Position numbers and translations under genes: made by a program. 64,000 nt of DNA from a virus. The notes under the pieces are model-generated. The model ran no database searches, was not told the DNA's origin, and saw nothing but the letters and a program-made list of their open reading frames with translations. The DNA is taken from IMG/VR virus record IMGVR_UViG_3300034066_001346, positions 1 to 64,000 of that record; one strand, 5' to 3'. The number at the start of each line of letters is the position of its first letter. The first letter of the stretch is position 1. Shown one piece after another: positions 58,409 to 64,000 of this stretch.

Positions 58409-59276
58409 CCTCTAGCTCTTTATCTTCATTTGCTGAATCTAAAAAGGTTAGAACTGGTATTTTTATCTCTTTAACTGTTTCCATTATTGCAACCAAAACT
58501 TTACTAAGGCTCATTTCTTGAAACAGTTCTTCGGGGGTCTTACTTGTATCGTTAGTCATTTCTATCACTCCATTTTGATCTTATACAAACGTATCCAAAT
58601 ACGCCGTCGTCTTGCATGTTTCTTTCACCTTCTTCTTTTGAAACAATCTTCATTGTAATTTCGTCATTTTTATTTTCATAGTATTCAACTTGGACATAGC
58701 CTCCAGTTGATTTAATGTAATCCATATAGCCATCTTCATATGGCCAGTACTTTACATTCTCACGTATCTCATCATATTTAATAAGCATGTCAAACGACTC
58801 CCTTGGAATTTTAACTCCGTCAAGGCTTTTTAAAATCAAAGACAGCATGCTAGAACTATTAAATCTATCTTTTATAGATATTACTGTTTGAAGAGGGCTT
58901 TCGCTCACTGGTTACTCCACTTTGATCTAATAGGAATATATCCCATGTATTGTCCAGTCTGAATTAATCTTTCTCCCTCTTCTCTGGAAGCTAAATGAAA
59001 ATAAAACGAATCGGTTTCTTGGTCAAATTTAACCATTACCGCCTCGCCATTTTCTTTTAAGTAATCAATAAATCCAGCCTCGTACGGATACTGCTTAATA
59101 TTCTTATCAACCATAGGATAGTCTAGCATCCCAAGAGCAGACTCTCTTGAAATATTTACCGTCTTCAGATGATTAAGTATTCCAGAAAGCATTGTTGAGC
59201 TATTTAATCTATGAAATATTTCAGTAGCAGAATCTTGTCGCTCTTCATAAATTTCTCTAGTTGTCTTTTCTGTCAT
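58341..59276 (-). other. Three tandem related hypothetical ORFs (58341-58568, 58552-58908, 58905-59276)
   Basis: The two larger ORFs share NSSxMLSxIL, PYExG, EEGER and IRSKWS. Confidence 0.7.
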
Positions 59277-62200
59277 TTTATTTCCTTTACATTTAATGTG
59301 CCATCATCTAATTTAGCTAGCACAACCTTACATTTCATACCTTCACGCATTTTTGCAAGTGACATCTTATACATTGTTGGGAATGCAATAACTCGTGTTA
59401 ATTCTTTTTCACCGTTAGATAATACTATATGGCTCATCATTTTACCAGCCTTAGTTTTATACGGAGTAAAGTTAATAACCATGTACTCATCTTCCTCTAA
59501 GTCATATTCTTTTCTATATAAATAATCTACAAAGAGGTCTGGGGCATCTGGACTAATATCTTTAACATTAACATATCTAGCAATGCGATTATCTCCAACT
59601 AATATAAAGTACATTTGGTTTGGCTCAATTTGAGTATCCTCATGATGGAATAATCCAACAGTACCGCTTTCATCTACAAGCTCTACTCTTGCCCAGCCAG
59701 CTCCACGTTTAATGCTCTTAACCATTCCAAACATAACAAATGATCCAAGATCATCGAAGTCCTCGATAGGCCTTGCCTGTGCTTTAATTCTTGGTGGTAT
59801 TCCCTCTAAATTAAAAGTAGGTATGCCCAAATATTCATAGTAATTATCTTTCTCATTGCCACCTCTAGGATTATCAGTAAAAGCAGCACCACCAATTGAA
59901 TTTAATGCGGCAATTGCTCTGCTATTAATTCCACTTCCTTTTTTAGAAGCCTTGTCAATAAAATCTGAGTAGTCTGCAAATGGTCTTTTATCTAGTATCT
60001 TGTTAGCAATACTGTCTGAAATAAATTTAATTTCAGCCAAGCCAAATATAATTGAATTATCTTTTAAAGAAAAATATATGTCTGATTCATTTACATGTGG
60101 CAACTTAATTTTAAGACCCAGGCGCTTAGCCTCAATTAAATATTCTGTTCTTGCGTCTTTGTCATTTTCGTTTTTAAGAATTGAAAACATAAACTCAAGA
60201 GGATAATAGGACTTAAGCCAAGCAGTATAATAACTAAGCATAGAGTAAGCAACAGCATGGGAGCGGTTAAAAGAATAACCAGCATGAGCCTCAAAGTCAT
60301 GCCAAAGCTGCTCTGCTTTTTTCTGAGTAATTTGCTTTGAAGCCCCAGCAATAAACTGATCTTTGAATTGGTCAAACTCTTTTGCATCTTTTTTCTTTCC
60401 AATAATCTTGCGGACCTTATCAGCCTCTGACCAAGACATACCTCCTAGGTATACGCAGGCTTGCATAACCTGCTCCTGATATATAATAACACCATATGTA
60501 TTCTCAGTAAACTCTTTCATAATCACATGGCTATAATCAACTGCTTCTTTACCGTGCTTACGGTTAATGTATGCAGCACCCACTGTATTCATGGCTCCTG
60601 GGCGAACTAAAGCATTTGATGCAACTAAGTCTTCAAACTTATCTACGCCCATCTTCATTAAAAGATTTGTATACGGAGTTGCTTCCGCCTGAAATACACC
60701 CTTGGTGTATCCTTCGCTTAACATTTTATAAACTTTGGGGTCATCCATAGTAAGATCGGAAAGGTTGATGTCTTTACCAGATCTTTCCTTAATAGATTGA
60801 AGCGTATCTGAGATTACTGATAAAGTCTTAAGTCCTAGCGCATCTAGTTTAATAAGACCTATATCGGCAACCGTATCCATATCGTATGCGACGACTGGAA
60901 TTCTTCCAGATACTTTATCTTGTGAATCTTCACGAGACTCAACTGGCGCATAGTTTCTTAAATCATCTTTTGCTACAACCACTCCAGCTGCGTGTACTCC
61001 AACTGATCTGATGCGGCCACGCAATCTTTCGGCAAGCCAGACTACCTCTGGGTACCTTGCTCTAAAATCTTTTGTATTCGGGGAATCCATAAAATCTTCG
61101 AAGGTGTCTACAGTTTTTAGTGCACGGTTTACTTCTTGAAGTGGAACCATGAATACACGAGCAGCATCACGAACAACACCCTTATCTTTAAAATAAGTGT
61201 AAGTTGAAATTGAAGCTACGTGCTTAAACTTTTTCTTTAGATATTCTTTAACTTCTTTTCTGCGACGGTCTTCAAAGTCGGTATCAATATCTGGAAAATC
61301 ATTTCGCTCTGGATTAATGAATCGAAAGAAAAGTAAGTCATATTTAATTGGGTCAACATCTGTAATTCCTAATGAATAACAAACTAAAGATCCAGCAGCA
61401 GAACCACGTCCTGGCCCAACCTTAATATTATTTTCTTTAGCCCAATTAATCATATCGGCGATTACTAAGAAATATGAGGCGAAGTTCTTTGAGGCAATTA
61501 CGGCTAGCTCTTCTTCTACACGAGCCACATAAATATCATCTGAAGCCTTCTGAAGCCTCTCTAAGCCCCGATAAGCCAACTCCCTAAGCTTCTCATCGGC
61601 ATCTGTTTTTGGGACGGGCAGAAGGTCAAGATTTTGATTAAAGTCATAATCACTAACCTTATTAGCAATCTCCATAGTATTTTCATATATATCAGTACGG
61701 CTAATTCCAGCCTTATTAAAGTCAGATTCAATTTCTGAGCGTGACTGAATAAATAGATTATAATCTTGAAATGAAATTCTACGATCTGGATAAAGATAAT
61801 TAAATCTATCTAACATATCCTTCATATTACGAGACATATCAAAGTCAGCATCTTTATCAAACTTAGGAGATGTGGATAGAATCAATAATGCTTCTTCTAA
61901 TATTCTATCCTCTTCTTTAGCAAAGTGAGCGTCTCCTGTCGCTACCGCCTTAATTTTTAATTCATCTGCTAATTTTAATAAGGTCGAGTTGATTTCATGG
62001 GGGTTATGTGATTGTACTTCCACGTAGAAATCTTCCATAAAGATTTGTTTAAAATCTTGAAGTATAAGCTTGGCTTCTGATAGTTCGCCCTTTTCGATGC
62101 ATTTACTAATAAGTCCATTAAGACATCCACTAAGTACAATAATACCTTCCGCATATTCTTTTAAAACCTCTCTGTCAATTCTTGGCTTGTGATAAAATCC

Positions 62201-62542
62201 TTCGTTCCATGCAAGTTCCTGCAAAATATTTATATTCTCTAAGCCCTTTTTATTTTTAGCTAGAAGAATAATATGATTGTATGCCTGAATAGATTTATCT
62301 GTTTTTGATGAACGGTCAAATCTATCTGTTGGAGATATGTATGCTTCTACTCCAAGTATGGGTTTTATCCCCAATTCTTTTGCAGCAATCTGCATATCTC
62401 TATGGGAAGATAAAGTTCCATGATCTGTAATTGCAATTGCTGTCTGACCAGCATCCAATGCTGCTTGGCATAGTTCTTTTGGAGAATTTAGTCCATCCAT
62501 TAATGAATAATAAGAGTGGACGTGCAAGTGTGTAAAACTCAT
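59273..62542 (-). CDS. dnaE: DNA polymerase III alpha subunit (family C)
   Basis: PHP motifs HLHVHSYYS and TDHG; GRGSAAGS, PDIDTD and YSFNRSH. Confidence 0.95.
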   Translation of the reverse strand: MSFTHLHVHSYYSLMDGLNSPKELCQAALDAGQTAIAITDHGTLSSHRDMQIAAKELGIKPILGVEAYISPTDRFDRSSKTDKSIQAYNHIILLAKNKKGLENINILQELAWNEGFYHKPRIDREVLKEYAEGIIVLSGCLNGLISKCIEKGELSEAKLILQDFKQIFMEDFYVEVQSHNPHEINSTLLKLADELKIKAVATGDAHFAKEEDRILEEALLILSTSPKFDKDADFDMSRNMKDMLDRFNYLYPDRRISFQDYNLFIQSRSEIESDFNKAGISRTDIYENTMEIANKVSDYDFNQNLDLLPVPKTDADEKLRELAYRGLERLQKASDDIYVARVEEELAVIASKNFASYFLVIADMINWAKENNIKVGPGRGSAAGSLVCYSLGITDVDPIKYDLLFFRFINPERNDFPDIDTDFEDRRRKEVKEYLKKKFKHVASISTYTYFKDKGVVRDAARVFMVPLQEVNRALKTVDTFEDFMDSPNTKDFRARYPEVVWLAERLRGRIRSVGVHAAGVVVAKDDLRNYAPVESREDSQDKVSGRIPVVAYDMDTVADIGLIKLDALGLKTLSVISDTLQSIKERSGKDINLSDLTMDDPKVYKMLSEGYTKGVFQAEATPYTNLLMKMGVDKFEDLVASNALVRPGAMNTVGAAYINRKHGKEAVDYSHVIMKEFTENTYGVIIYQEQVMQACVYLGGMSWSEADKVRKIIGKKKDAKEFDQFKDQFIAGASKQITQKKAEQLWHDFEAHAGYSFNRSHAVAYSMLSYYTAWLKSYYPLEFMFSILKNENDKDARTEYLIEAKRLGLKIKLPHVNESDIYFSLKDNSIIFGLAEIKFISDSIANKILDKRPFADYSDFIDKASKKGSGINSRAIAALNSIGGAAFTDNPRGGNEKDNYYEYLGIPTFNLEGIPPRIKAQARPIEDFDDLGSFVMFGMVKSIKRGAGWARVELVDESGTVGLFHHEDTQIEPNQMYFILVGDNRIARYVNVKDISPDAPDLFVDYLYRKEYDLEEDEYMVINFTPYKTKAGKMMSHIVLSNGEKELTRVIAFPTMYKMSLAKMREGMKCKVVLAKLDDGTLNVKEIK

Positions 62543-62749
62543 TTAGTATCCGCCCTGACATTCATTTCTAGTATGATAAAGTCTAATCTTTGTCATAACC
62601 TTTTTATTTGGTGCATATAAATCTTCATTACAGCATAAGCAATTCATGTGCCACTCTTGTGCAAAGAAATCGTAGAGCATGCCTTTAAAATCTTTATACT
62701 TGTTTGACACAAATGTATCAAATGGGTCTGGTATCTCTAAGTTAATCAT
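62543..62749 (-). CDS. Small Zn-binding hypothetical protein
   Basis: CLCC..HTRNEC. Confidence 0.5.
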   Translation of the reverse strand: MINLEIPDPFDTFVSNKYKDFKGMLYDFFAQEWHMNCLCCNEDLYAPNKKVMTKIRLYHTRNECQGGY

Positions 62750-62769
62750 TTCCGCCGTTTTCTATTATG

Positions 62770-62842
62770 TACCAAAGGTGGGATTCGAACCCACGCTGTA
62801 TAGATTTTAAGTCTACCGCCTCTACCGCTGGGCTACTCTGGC
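62770..62842 (-). tRNA. tRNA-Leu(UAA), short variable arm
   Basis: Cloverleaf; GTAGA-CTTAAAA-TCTAT; A73. Confidence 0.85.
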
Positions 62843-62875
62843 CTAAGAGGGCAGATTGCTCTGCCCTCCGCCAAA

Positions 62876-63550
62876 TTATAACCAGTCTAGGCTACTGTTT
62901 GTTGATGAGTCAGAAGACTCTTGTCCAGATTCTCCGTTAAAGAAAGCTTCCTGTTCAGTATAAGGCATATCACGAACAGCGGTTTCTTCAAGCTTATACA
63001 ACTCTAATGAAGATGAGTCAAAGTCTGATTCATCTTTTGCTAAAGGAATGATAGTATAGCTTGTATCTGTCTTTGTGCCAGAACGTTTAATACGCCACAT
63101 TAGGTTTGTAATGCTACCCATTTCTCCAGCGTATTCAATTAATGTTGGTGTTACTGTCTTTCCGCTAGAACCCTGTGAAAGAATTGCAACATAAGGTTCC
63201 TCTTTGCCATCGTCTACTAAAACATTAATGTAAAGTCGTGAACGACCTTTCCAACCTGCCTTGTAATCTTTGCGATGTTGTTCACAGCCATAGCACTTGC
63301 CCTGATCTTCCATTGAGCATAGCGCCTTGCGGCGATAGTCTTTAGGGTTTGTGTGTTCTACTGCAATAAAGCCAAGTCCGTTCTTTTCATTGTAACTTGG
63401 TGAATCTGGATCAAGCTCCTGTAAGAAGCGAATCTTAACGCTTTCTGTATCTTCTAGCTTAACCCAACGTGCTTTAGTTCCTTCGCCACCTGATGACTGT
63501 GGCTTATCCATTACTTTGTTTAGGTCTTTTAATCCCTTAACGATACCCAT
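62876..63550 (-). CDS. Phage gp32-like single-stranded DNA-binding protein
   Basis: KIRFL, H..C..CYGC Zn motif, KRSGTKTDTSY and an acidic Ser-rich tail. Confidence 0.7.
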   Translation of the reverse strand: MGIVKGLKDLNKVMDKPQSSGGEGTKARWVKLEDTESVKIRFLQELDPDSPSYNEKNGLGFIAVEHTNPKDYRRKALCSMEDQGKCYGCEQHRKDYKAGWKGRSRLYINVLVDDGKEEPYVAILSQGSSGKTVTPTLIEYAGEMGSITNLMWRIKRSGTKTDTSYTIIPLAKDESDFDSSSLELYKLEETAVRDMPYTEQEAFFNGESGQESSDSSTNSSLDWL

Positions 63551-63605
63551 TTATATCCTCTTTTCATATAGTTGACAGTATATATCTGTCTGTATTGCTA
63601 TTATA

Positions 63606-64000
63606 TCATGGGTTCCAAGATCGATATTCGATATCGGAAACTGCGTTTTTTATACAAGCTTTTATCTCATCTTCTGACATATCGCCTGCATCTTTTGCTG
63701 CATGTGGATATATCTTACCATATTCATAAGAAGCCCACAAGATGTCTTTATTCTTTAATTTATTAGCAATGCTCATTCCTAATGCTCTTCCAGCTTCATC
63801 TGCATCAGTCATTATTGTTATTCGATTAAAATATCTATTTAAAAGGTGGTGCTGTTCATTTGAAATAAATCCTCCAAGGGTTGCAACCACATTTGGGAAT
63901 CCAGCCTGATGAACACGAATAGCGTCAAAGCTGGACTCAACTACGACTACATGATCACCGATTTTTTTTGCTCTATGAACATTAAATAAAGTTTTGCTCT
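63606..64000 (-). CDS. DNA primase, C-terminal Toprim part (truncated by the window)
   Basis: VVVESSFDAI, VATLG, DADEAG and KDAGDM motifs. Confidence 0.85.
   Translation of the reverse strand, partial: SKTLFNVHRAKKIGDHVVVVESSFDAIRVHQAGFPNVVATLGGFISNEQHHLLNRYFNRITIMTDADEAGRALGMSIANKLKNKDILWASYEYGKIYPHAAKDAGDMSEDEIKACIKNAVSDIEYRSWNP

Noticed and set aside
59273-62542. Inteins or introns in dnaE, nrdJ, terL or recA
   Set aside because: The ORFs are uninterrupted and of ordinary length, with no splicing motifs seen
1-64000. Stop-codon reassignment or suppressor tRNA
   Set aside because: Conserved genes are intact under the standard code, all three stops are used, and no CUA/UUA/UCA-anticodon tRNA was seen

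Overview
A 64-kb piece of a large, AT-rich, lytic tailed phage of Actinobacteria, probably a freshwater actinophage. Host evidence is WhiB, an Lsr2-like protein, AhpC/AhpD and actinobacterial-style GAAAGG Shine-Dalgarno sites; the exact host cannot be read from sequence. Minus-strand blocks carry tail/fibre genes and a class II RNR (1-5.4 kb), accessory, redox, surface and lysis genes (24-48 kb), and terminase plus a DnaE/RecA/SSB/primase replication module (48-64 kb). Seven tRNAs are scattered through the window. A plus-strand island of about 45 small genes (about 12.0-23.9 kb) looks like a pre-early or long-terminal-repeat region and holds the most interesting signal, a highly ordered regulatory grammar. 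It has 13 promoters of the form TGTCAG-N10-TANNNT, each followed by an AACGAAAG-type RBS leader. It has CRP-type TGTGA-N6-TCACA sites helically phased about 50/60/70/80 bp from the -10 box, 8 copies of a TTA(C/A)G-N16-CCCTGAA element and 7 perfect DnaA boxes. It also encodes a promoter- and terminator-bounded ~120-nt small RNA whose central seed (CUUUCGUUGGUU) is the reverse complement of the shared early RBS leader, a candidate one-RNA off-switch for the whole early regulon. A second small RNA candidate and a three-copy covarying pseudoknot were also found. All coordinates were counted by eye and all protein calls rest on motif recognition; no database search was run.
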